Shown here piece after piece: positions 56,565-64,000 of a stretch of 64,000 nt of DNA (positions are counted from its first letter, which is position 1; every line of letters starts with the position of its first letter). The notes beneath the pieces were generated by a model. It did not search any database, had not been told where the DNA came from, and saw only the letters and a program-made list of their open reading frames with translations. This stretch comes from a virus. Taxonomy: Duplodnaviria; Caudoviricetes. The DNA lies in the IMG/VR virus record IMGVR_UViG_3300029959_000011, positions 4,978 to 68,977 of that record. One strand, written 5' to 3'. The position numbers were made by a program, and so were the translations under genes.

Positions 56565-56873
56565 TTAATCCTTTTTAATTAAATCACATAAACTAAGCGT
56601 TCTCACTACTATTAGCCCAATATCCTCCTTTAATAGTTTTTCGTAAAATCCTTTATACTCGTTTTTTGTGGCAGGCTTGCTGTTTCGGATAAGATCGCCT
56701 ATTTCCATATATAATACGATTCCGGCTTGATCCACTATTTTGTTCTGTCCTGGAAGAATAGCGTATAATCTATTTCTATACATTCTGAAAAGTACGCTAT
56801 TCCTCTTAATAATAGGATTCCTTGTATTCAGCTTAACAATTAGCTCTTGCAAATTGGTATCGTATTCTTTCAT
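56565..56873 (-). CDS. Hypothetical protein
   Basis: RBS AAGGA. Confidence 0.5.
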   Translation of the reverse strand: MKEYDTNLQELIVKLNTRNPIIKRNSVLFRMYRNRLYAILPGQNKIVDQAGIVLYMEIGDLIRNSKPATKNEYKGFYEKLLKEDIGLIVVRTLSLCDLIKKD

Positions 56874-56903
56874 AATAATATCCTTTAAATACTTTTCGAC
56901 CTT

Positions 56904-57479
56904 TTACTCTTCCTTACATTCAGCTAAGAAAACCTCCACGCTTGGCAAATTATCCAATGAATAGCTTTTTAATAATTTCACGCCTGAATATTTACCCTCT
57001 GTTTCGCTGTAAAAACGGTCTGATTCATTTAGCGGTTTTTCATTAAAACCCTGGTACACTTCAAATGTGCCTTTTTGGTAATCAATTACATAAGCCCATT
57101 CGCAGAAAAGGCTGTCATTCGCAAATTCGATACGATTCTCAAGCCATGCGTCTTCCTCTAAGTCATTTATCATTTGTAGCACGCCTGCACCGTTATCTCT
57201 GCTTAAGAGCGCATATTTGGCTTTATAAGCGTCGTATTGCTTGCCATTAAAAGAGCCGTCTTTCGATCCTATATCCTTTAAGAACTTTTCAAATTCTTTC
57301 GTATCTGATTCTGTCTGAAATCTTACTTTTTCCAGTTTTTTCTCAAATTGCGGATTCGCAAGTAAGAACTCTAATGCTGTTTTGCCTTGTCCAGACGGAT
57401 AACCATCCCATTGGCCGTACTGCGCTATTTTCAGCGTTCCGGCTTTGTCAATTACTACTGTTAAATTTCTCGTTCCCAT
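56904..57479 (-). CDS. Conserved phage early protein (MxTR..DGYP family)
   Basis: MGTRNL..YGQWDGYPSGQG..CEWAYVID. Confidence 0.6.
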   Translation of the reverse strand: MGTRNLTVVIDKAGTLKIAQYGQWDGYPSGQGKTALEFLLANPQFEKKLEKVRFQTESDTKEFEKFLKDIGSKDGSFNGKQYDAYKAKYALLSRDNGAGVLQMINDLEEDAWLENRIEFANDSLFCEWAYVIDYQKGTFEVYQGFNEKPLNESDRFYSETEGKYSGVKLLKSYSLDNLPSVEVFLAECKEE

Positions 57480-57503
57480 GATTTACTCCTTTAATTTGAT
57501 TTT

Positions 57504-57722
57504 CTACACGCTTGATTCAGCTATCTTGTATTTATCCTTTTCCGTTTTTATCTGTACTTCCAGGCAATTTATTATCTTGTCTTGTATCCTTAAGTAATCT
57601 ATTAAAAAACTGTCTGAACTGCCCTGTAAATGATTTTGTGCCGCTCTTAATGCCCTCTCACGATCCTTGCCTGTCAAACTGTTTGCCTGATCCTCGTAAT
57701 ATTTAGATTGTTTCGTTTGCAT
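57504..57722 (-). CDS. Hypothetical protein
   Basis: RBS AGGAG. Confidence 0.5.
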   Translation of the reverse strand: MQTKQSKYYEDQANSLTGKDRERALRAAQNHLQGSSDSFLIDYLRIQDKIINCLEVQIKTEKDKYKIAESSV

Positions 57723-57728
57723 TTAACA

Positions 57729-57930
57729 CTCCTTTATTCACTTTTTAGCTCTAATTTCTCTTGCTTCATTTCTTCCAGTAAATCCTTGTAGTAATCAATT
57801 ACTTTAATTCGATCAAGCCCTTCTTTCTGCATGGCCTCGATCCTTTGCTGTAAAAATCCTTTAACTATTAGCCTATTAGCTTTTAGAGCCTTGTAATCCA
57901 CTTAAGAACCTCCTTTATTTACTTTTTAGC
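57729..57930. repeat. 21-bp direct repeat flanking a small GTG-start ORF (57734-57901, -)
   Basis: CTCCTTTATTYACTTTTTAGC at 57729-57749 and 57910-57930. Confidence 0.65.
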
Positions 57931-58169
57931 CTTCTCGTATATACCTTATATATATACTAATCGTTTTCTCCAAAATACCTTTTCGGTTCTTTTGTCCAAT
58001 TGCCTGCTTTTTTACTTATCAATTCTGATCTCATACAGAAATCAATTTGTTCATTCCACAAAGCTCTGTTAAATGGCTTGTCTGTCTTCACAATATAAGG
58101 CAGGATATAGTTTTTAATAAATTCAGATTTTTTCACGATTCACTCCTTTTTAATGTTTTCTTACTTTGC

Positions 58170-58628
58170 TTACTTTTCAAATTTGTTAATTTCGGCAATC
58201 AATTTTTTATTGAAAACTTTGTCAAATTTCATACCCTTTTTAAAACAACGACCTCCTCCAGTACAACAAATTACAGGATAGTCTTCTTTAGATACATTCA
58301 TTATTTCTCTGATTTCGTCGTGATATTCGCTGTACGACTGGTCAAAATTTATCTCAAGTTTTTCGTCGTCGCTTATATCATTAAACCAATCTTTAAAAGA
58401 CTGTTCAGTAGTATTATTAGCGACTGCATCTTTCCACATGTCAAGAAATAAATCATCTTGATTATCCATTGTTTCCTCGTACTGTTCTTTTGAAACGAGA
58501 TTAAAAACCGTTCCCGTTGCTCCTTTAAAGTCTTTCCCGTCGCTGAATGTATAATCCAGCATATAAATATCGTTTCCGATAATTCCTACAATCTGATTGT
58601 AGTTAATTTGTTTTCTTGTGTTTTCCAT
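58170..58628 (-). CDS. Hypothetical early protein
   Basis: RBS AGGAG; CCTGGGRCF motif. Confidence 0.55.
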   Translation of the reverse strand: MENTRKQINYNQIVGIIGNDIYMLDYTFSDGKDFKGATGTVFNLVSKEQYEETMDNQDDLFLDMWKDAVANNTTEQSFKDWFNDISDDEKLEINFDQSYSEYHDEIREIMNVSKEDYPVICCTGGGRCFKKGMKFDKVFNKKLIAEINKFEK

Positions 58629-58983
58629 TTTCTTTCTCCTTTAATTACTTTTCGATCCTTTAGATGATCTTGTTTTTTATCCTTTAAGCCTTTTTCTATT
58701 TCTATCCTTTAAATGTTTTTGCGAATATCCTTTAATACTTTTAGATCATACTAATATCTTTAATCAATTTATCATACCAGTCAATTATATAAGAGCTTAT
58801 AAAGTCAAGTTTGGACTTCGGAACCAGGAACCGCCGTTTATATATATCTTGTTATACTCATTTTATGCCCCTTTATAGCTATTTATACTATTTGCGTTTA
58901 TTACTTGTTTTAACGCTATTAACTCACAAACTAACCTATTAAGCTATTATATATCATTATTCAATCCAAACGCTTGTAATCAT

Positions 58984-59012
58984 ATTATAAGCTATGTAGT
59001 TTAATATTACAA
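58984..59012 (-). promoter_or_regulatory. sigma70-type early promoter
   Basis: TTGTAA-17-TATAAT. Confidence 0.55.
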
Positions 59013-59014
59013 TA

Positions 59015-59893
59015 CTACTTAATATTACTACTATTAAGAGTGTTTTGATTGTTAATGTTATTACTGGTTTTACTTTCATTTGATTTATCCTTTTGACTTA
59101 AAAATAATATTATTGGTTTATCGTTATATTTATATTTCTCTTCAATAGCTTTTTTTACTTTCAATTCTTTACAAATACATTCGTTTTTGAACTTTCCGCA
59201 ATTATTACAATATTCTTGTTCAGTTAATTTGTTATATATACCAGGTTCAATAAATTCACTCATATATATATTACCGTTTACATTCTCATATATATAACTT
59301 TCAATTTCTTCACCATCTAATAACAATAAAAAATCTAGTAACGCATTAAAACGGACTGCATTCTCAAAACATTCTATATTTAATTTTTTTCCGCTAATCC
59401 AATTTTCAACTTCGTAAGGATAAAAAGAAATAAAACCAGAACGGCTTTTAAAATGATTTTCTAAATACTTTTTAAAACTGTCAAGATTATTCAATATATC
59501 TTTTGTTATTTTGTTTTTTTGAACCAGTCCTAATTCAAAGGTACAATTTATTGAGTCGTTGTGAAAATTGTACTCTTTCGGGCTGTAAAGATTATCAAAT
59601 TTAGACCCTAGAATATAACCTTTATTTATTAAGCGACTTTCAACTTCCGTATGGATTAACTCAGCGCATTTTTTGTAATATGCGCTGTAATCGATTGCAT
59701 TATACAAAACTTCAGATATAACGCCGGCCGGCAATTCAGACAGTTTATGTTTTGCGCGCTCTTCGTTTATGTAATCCACTTCCGAGTCCACAAAACTTTC
59801 ATCGTTTGACTCGTAATAACTGCCATAAAAACCACTGAATGCCGGCAGGTAGCTTTTAATTGTTGTTTTTTTTGTACTCATTTCAATCCTCAC
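59015..59893 (-). CDS. Hypothetical early protein
   Basis: YLPAFSGFYGS, YSPKEYNFHNDSI, SRSGFISFY motifs. Confidence 0.6.
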   Translation of the reverse strand: MRIEMSTKKTTIKSYLPAFSGFYGSYYESNDESFVDSEVDYINEERAKHKLSELPAGVISEVLYNAIDYSAYYKKCAELIHTEVESRLINKGYILGSKFDNLYSPKEYNFHNDSINCTFELGLVQKNKITKDILNNLDSFKKYLENHFKSRSGFISFYPYEVENWISGKKLNIECFENAVRFNALLDFLLLLDGEEIESYIYENVNGNIYMSEFIEPGIYNKLTEQEYCNNCGKFKNECICKELKVKKAIEEKYKYNDKPIILFLSQKDKSNESKTSNNINNQNTLNSSNIK

Positions 59894-59984
59894 TTTTTTT
59901 GTTTTTTTTTGTTTTGATCTTGTTTAGTTTTTGCGCTCGTACATATAAAACAGTCCGAACAGCACCAGGATTATAAACATCATT

Positions 59985-60377
59985 TTAAGCCTCCAATAAG
60001 TTATATTTAAAAAACATCATAAAACAATGATTTGTAATAAACCGCCAGTAATTATTTAGTATTTTATCTTGACTTTTTTCTGTCTCGTATGTTTCACCGT
60101 TTATTTTTTCCGCAAGTTCGATGATCTTGTAGTTCTCGAATTCAATAGTAAAAACTGAAGGTAATCCTCTTAACCAGTCCGTAAAACTTCTTTTAATATC
60201 ATCATCATAGTATTTCTGATGATCTTTCTGCCAATGTTCTTTTTTAAATGTTTCAAACAAGAAAGTAATTTTTTCTTGTTCCGTTGTTGTTGTTACCTCG
60301 TAAGCTTCGCTGTCAATACAAGAAAGGATATATTGCTTGTATGACTTGTTGCGTTCATGTTGCGTTTGTTTTTTCAT
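59985..60377 (-). CDS. Hypothetical early protein (first gene of left arm)
   Basis: FTDWLRGLPS motif; RBS GGGAG. Confidence 0.6.
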   Translation of the reverse strand: MKKQTQHERNKSYKQYILSCIDSEAYEVTTTTEQEKITFLFETFKKEHWQKDHQKYYDDDIKRSFTDWLRGLPSVFTIEFENYKIIELAEKINGETYETEKSQDKILNNYWRFITNHCFMMFFKYNLLEA

Positions 60378-60414
60378 TTTTTACTCCCGTTTTTTAATTT
60401 TAATTTACAAGTAC

Positions 60415-60443
60415 AATATAACTATAAAAAGTCACAATGTCAA
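60415..60443 (-). promoter_or_regulatory. Strong sigma70-type early promoter
   Basis: TTGACA-17-TATATT. Confidence 0.75.
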
Positions 60444-60909
60444 GTATTATTTTAACTATTTAATCAAATTAAGTTATTCATACATCTTATTATTTAACCT
60501 TATTATATTATATAGATATTCATTATATATATATGATCTTGCAAATTAAGCGACCGAATAAAATAATGATTAGCTGATTAAAAAGTTAAGCGACTCGAAA
60601 GTTTAAAAGTGCGGAATTTAAAACAATTATTTAATTCTAATAAAACAAGCGTGTTGTAAATTACATAATAATAATATTATATATATATATTTGCATTTGA
60701 CACTATCATAAAAATTATCTTTATATAGATTTTATATAGTGTATATACTATCTATTAACTATGCTAATCACTAGGCACGCCAATATTACCATAATATTTT
60801 CAACAATGCCAAATGCAAAACGCATTCTATATATGTGTGTATTTCATTTTTTACAATACGAGAAAAAAAAACAGCTTCTCAATTAAAATATCAAAACGCC
60901 CCCTTTTAA

Positions 60910-61157
60910 TTATAATGATTATAATTTAGTGCGTAAATAGTATTTATTATTAAATTGTAATGATTATAATTTAGATTTTATTAAAAAAGTGTTTAGGCAC
61001 GATTAACACTCTGAAGATTTCTGACAATTACTGACAACCAGGATAATTTTTTCGATCGGATTATGTTTTTATATCATTACAAGCCTATATTTTGATTTTT
61101 TGATGTCGTATAATAAATATTATGTAAACTTGTATAATTTAATTGTAATGATTATAA
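60910..61157. promoter_or_regulatory. Three 7-1-7 inverted repeats matching the PerR/Fur-family box
   Basis: TTATAATGATTATAA 60910-60924; TTGTAATGATTATAA 60955-60969 and 61143-61157. Confidence 0.55.
61103..61130 (+). other. dif-like XerC/XerD recombination site
   Basis: ATGTCGTATAA-TAAATA-TTATGTAAACT (11-6-11). Confidence 0.65.
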
Positions 61158-61584
61158 TTTAAGCGATGCCCCCCCCTGTTTGGAGGGCAGGGCGTACTTT
61201 CGGTCAGGTAGTCGCAGTAGCACCCACGGGATTTTTGAAAAAGGGAACAAGAAACAAGCCTGTATCTGTATAATAAGTTAGATTATATGTACGCCAAGTT
61301 ACTTAATTAACAATAATAATACGAGTAGTTGGAATAAACCCCACAGGGTATCTGGAAAAACGATTAAGGGAACAACTATTGAATGTCTGAATAGTTAGTT
61401 GGCACGATTAAATAATAACGGAATCGCATAATTGCGGACATATTTGGCGGATAGATCGCATAAACGGCTGATAATTCTCGTGATTTGGGGCATTATCGGG
61501 CAACCCTTATATATATAGAAGGGAATGGGTGGTTACAAAATACCACACTGGTAATTTTGGAAATTCATTCAGAGAACGGCAAAG

Positions 61585-61627
61585 TATGATAAAAATCATT
61601 GTAATATTTATAAAGATATGATATATT
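61585..61627 (+). promoter_or_regulatory. Palindromic box plus promoter
   Basis: TATGATAAAAATCATT overlapping TTGTAA-17-TATATT. Confidence 0.65.
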
Positions 61628-61651
61628 ACCTTAAAAAGCGAGAAGGCACAA

Positions 61652-61897
61652 ATGAAAATCATAGCGTTAATCTGCTCCAATTTCAACGACTACCAGCGGT
61701 ACTGCCGGGAACATGGCCTCGAGTGGGAATGTTTTAGGAAGATGGGTTGGACTGCCGATAGGAAGACCCGGTATGTATGTATAAAGAGCGATCAGGACAT
61801 ATTACTTTATACAGGCGGTATGCTTGATCGTGTAGAATATGTTTCGGGGAATAAAAGTCTTGTTGAGGAGTGCAATAAATATTTAAGAAATGTATGA
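61652..61897 (+). CDS. Hypothetical protein
   Basis: First ORF after boxed promoter. Confidence 0.5.
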   Translation: MKIIALICSNFNDYQRYCREHGLEWECFRKMGWTADRKTRYVCIKSDQDILLYTGGMLDRVEYVSGNKSLVEECNKYLRNV

Positions 61898-61935
61898 CAT
61901 TTATCATTGTGAAATTGGCAAACAGTAATTAACTT
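61893..61935 (+). promoter_or_regulatory. Palindromic box plus promoter
   Basis: TATGACATTTATCATT overlapping TTGTGA-17-TAACTT. Confidence 0.55.
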
Positions 61936-61959
61936 ACCATAAATAAAAGGAGTGTACGA

Positions 61960-62160
61960 ATGATGTTAATAATAATCGAATGTATATTATGGGGACTATT
62001 TCTTATAATATCAATACTGAGTATAGGCAATTTGATTAGTGGCATAGTAAATGTATTTTTAAACAGCAAGAATCAGTATGAATACACGATTTATAATTTT
62101 ATACCAATGGGCTTCCTGTTATCGGCATCGTTGTTTATACATTATATAAGGGGTATGTAA
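61960..62160 (+). CDS. Small membrane protein
   Basis: Two hydrophobic helices; RBS AGGAG. Confidence 0.5.
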   Translation: MMLIIIECILWGLFLIISILSIGNLISGIVNVFLNSKNQYEYTIYNFIPMGFLLSASLFIHYIRGM

Positions 62161-62420
62161 TGGATCAGTTTAATAAATGGGTAGCGGAAATGGGCTACGG
62201 GTTTGCGAGTAATGCAGGAATGGTTTTATATGGCGAGCATAGCGGAAATATGATAGAACCGACTGAAAACATGGTGATTGGATATTATCTAGAGTTCCTG
62301 ACAACGGAGTATGATAAGTATATTAGTATTAAAGGCAGGGATTCTCGTTTCAAGACGATAAGCGAGTATCGGGAAGAGCTAGAGAATATGATAAGAAAGC
62401 TAGGTGAAGATGATGAGTAA
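62160..62420 (+). CDS. Hypothetical protein
   Basis: Translationally coupled ORF. Confidence 0.5.
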   Translation: MDQFNKWVAEMGYGFASNAGMVLYGEHSGNMIEPTENMVIGYYLEFLTTEYDKYISIKGRDSRFKTISEYREELENMIRKLGEDDE

Positions 62421-62613
62421 GAATAGAGTATATAAGGTAGGATCAGCTAGATTAGTTGTTCCAAAACTCTGCACATTAGAGAAAAATGCAGTAGAAACGC
62501 ACAAAGAGTTTTGCCATATTGGAAATACAAGCGAGGAAAGCTGGAAGCGGTATTACGGGCGATTCAGGAGTGCGAAGGGTCAGTTTGTTAAAAGGAAAGT
62601 AGATAATACATAA
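62404..62613 (+). CDS. Hypothetical protein
   Basis: Packed ORF. Confidence 0.45.
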   Translation: MKMMSKNRVYKVGSARLVVPKLCTLEKNAVETHKEFCHIGNTSEESWKRYYGRFRSAKGQFVKRKVDNT

Positions 62614-62644
62614 TTATTTAAAAATTTAAAATTGGATATTAAAA

Positions 62645-62836
62645 ATGAAAATGTTATGTTGGAGTTGTGGTAAAGAATATAAAAAGAAAAGCGATGGAGT
62701 ATGGAATGCAATTCAGAAAGATTATGTATGTTCGGCAGATGGCAGAAATGGTTATAGATATTGTTCTGGTATGTTGATAAGTAAAAAAATATACGATCAA
62801 GAACTGAAGAAAATTATAACAAAGGTCGCAACATGA
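62645..62836 (+). CDS. Small Cys-containing protein
   Basis: CWSCG..C..C. Confidence 0.45.
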   Translation: MKMLCWSCGKEYKKKSDGVWNAIQKDYVCSADGRNGYRYCSGMLISKKIYDQELKKIITKVAT

Positions 62837-63042
62837 AGAAATGCCATAGAAAGATAAAGAACACGGGCAGGCGGATACGGGAATCTGACATGGATAACAG
62901 GCTGAGGGAGTTTTTTATGAAATCGTTTAAAAGCGGTAAGTACGATCCTGCTGAACACGACGGCATGAGTTATGCTGAGTTCCAGGGCGATGTGGATTAC
63001 GGTGATATAAGCCCAAGCAATATAATGGAGAGGGACAGATAA
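62833..63042 (+). CDS. Hypothetical protein
   Basis: 4-nt overlap. Confidence 0.45.
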   Translation: MKKCHRKIKNTGRRIRESDMDNRLREFFMKSFKSGKYDPAEHDGMSYAEFQGDVDYGDISPSNIMERDR

Positions 63043-63389
63043 TGGATAAGCTAAAAGTAGGCGACAGGATATATTCAGAAAGCAGGGGACAGTATTACGG
63101 CATAGATACTATAATACGGGTAACAGAGAAATTCGCATTTTCGGAAAAAGGTAAATATAGGATAGATATAAAAGAAGGATCGAAGGCGAATTATGTGGAA
63201 ATAAGTCCCAGTCCGGCATGGAGTCCATATTCGTATTATCTGGAAAATGATGTAATTAAAAAGGAATACGCAATACAGAAATACACTCAATTTATGACGA
63301 ATAGGGTCAGGTGGAGTAAAATGGATTACGACTCGCTTAAGCAGATATACGCTATAATCAAAGCTAATAAGGAGTATTATAATGCTTAA
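63042..63389 (+). CDS. Hypothetical protein (SH3-like N-terminus)
   Basis: LKVGDRIY..IIRVTEKFA. Confidence 0.5.
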   Translation: MDKLKVGDRIYSESRGQYYGIDTIIRVTEKFAFSEKGKYRIDIKEGSKANYVEISPSPAWSPYSYYLENDVIKKEYAIQKYTQFMTNRVRWSKMDYDSLKQIYAIIKANKEYYNA

Positions 63390-63441
63390 CACAAAATAAT
63401 ATATACGATTAAAAAGAAATATAAAAAAAAGGAGAATCAAA

Positions 63442-63834
63442 ATGGCTGAAAAACAAGATACAATCGAAACGATCACAATCAACGGTGTTGAGTATGTGAA
63501 AAAGGGAAGTTTAAATCAAATAGCAGAAAAAACAGATGGATTACAGCCTGTTTTAATTAGGTCGTATGCTTCGGGGGTTCATTACGGATATTTGAAAAGC
63601 GAGCAATTTACACAATCTGGTAAGGTTGTAACACTTTTAAACTCAAGAAGAATATGGTGCTGGTATGGAGCAGCTTCGTTATCTCAATTAGCTATGGAAG
63701 GGGTAAAAGACTCTTCACAATCTAAAATATCTATGATTGTAAATTCCATCGAAATTGTTAATGTGATTGAAACGATACCGCTTACTCAGAAAGCGTTGTC
63801 AAACTTAGACGGAGTTAAGGTATGGAAAAACTAA
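63442..63834 (+). CDS. DUF6948-like protein
   Basis: VLIRSYASGVHYGYL..SRRIWCWYGAASLSQLAMEG..IETIP; RBS AGGAG. Confidence 0.65.
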   Translation: MAEKQDTIETITINGVEYVKKGSLNQIAEKTDGLQPVLIRSYASGVHYGYLKSEQFTQSGKVVTLLNSRRIWCWYGAASLSQLAMEGVKDSSQSKISMIVNSIEIVNVIETIPLTQKALSNLDGVKVWKN

Positions 63835-63941
63835 ACTCTGGCTCTGGCTATGGCTCTGGCTATGGCTCTGGCGATGGCTCTGGCTATGGCTCTGGCTCTG
63901 GCTCTGGCGATGGCTCTGGCTATGGCGATGGCTATGATTAA
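63822..63941 (+). CDS. 39-aa Gly-X repeat peptide
   Basis: MEKLNSGSGYGSGYGSGDGSGYGSGSGSGDGSGYGDGYD, encoded by (TCT/TAT/GAT)GGC hexamers; RBS GGAG. Confidence 0.6.
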   Translation: MEKLNSGSGYGSGYGSGDGSGYGSGSGSGDGSGYGDGYD

Positions 63942-64000
63942 AAATTAATGAACTATAAACAAAAACAAGGGGTGAAACAATGACAAAAGAAACGATTATT

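Noticed and set aside
63837-63935. CRISPR array or telomere-like repeat
   Set aside because: Hexamer units with no spacers, in an open frame with RBS; it is a coding microsatellite.
1-64000. Genome-wide stop-codon recoding (TAG read as sense)
   Set aside because: Long genes are intact in the standard code and several end naturally at TAG right before the next start (318-320, 31200-31202, 55590-55592). Only one internal TAG was found.
1-64000. tRNA genes, integrase, CI-like repressor
   Set aside because: No cloverleaf or T-loop signature and no tyrosine/serine recombinase or S24-HTH motifs were recognised by eye; tRNAscan and HMM searches would be needed to exclude them.

Overview
The window is most or all of an AT-rich tailed dsDNA phage genome with siphovirus-type morphogenesis genes. 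The + strand from 1 to 30.5 kb runs neck/tail/tape measure/tail tip, then terminase, portal, minor head, scaffold and capsid, then a fibre-like protein, a ferredoxin, the lysis genes and an alpha/beta hydrolase. The - strand from 30.5 to 60.4 kb carries nucleotide enzymes, a beta clamp, an SF2 helicase-nuclease, an SF3 helicase, a DEDD exonuclease, a primase, a recombination module, two DNA methyltransferases and many small early genes. A divergent non-coding control region lies at 60.4-61.6 kb, followed by small + strand genes. I could not recognise an integrase, repressor, DNA polymerase, tRNA or CRISPR array. Main observations: (1) three gene units (a head-operon moron and each methyltransferase) are bounded by complementary 10-bp GTT.../...AAC cores and hairpins, like integron attC cassettes; (2) the DnaG primase has its CHC2 zinc finger at the C-terminus; (3) seven copies of TATGA-N6-TCATW occur, six centred at -41.5 of weak sigma70-type promoters; (4) three PerR/Fur-type 7-1-7 boxes and a dif-like site sit in the control region; (5) a 2[4Fe-4S] ferredoxin and a fibre-like protein with a signal peptide lie beside the lysis genes. 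Family names are from motif recognition and memory, not database searches.
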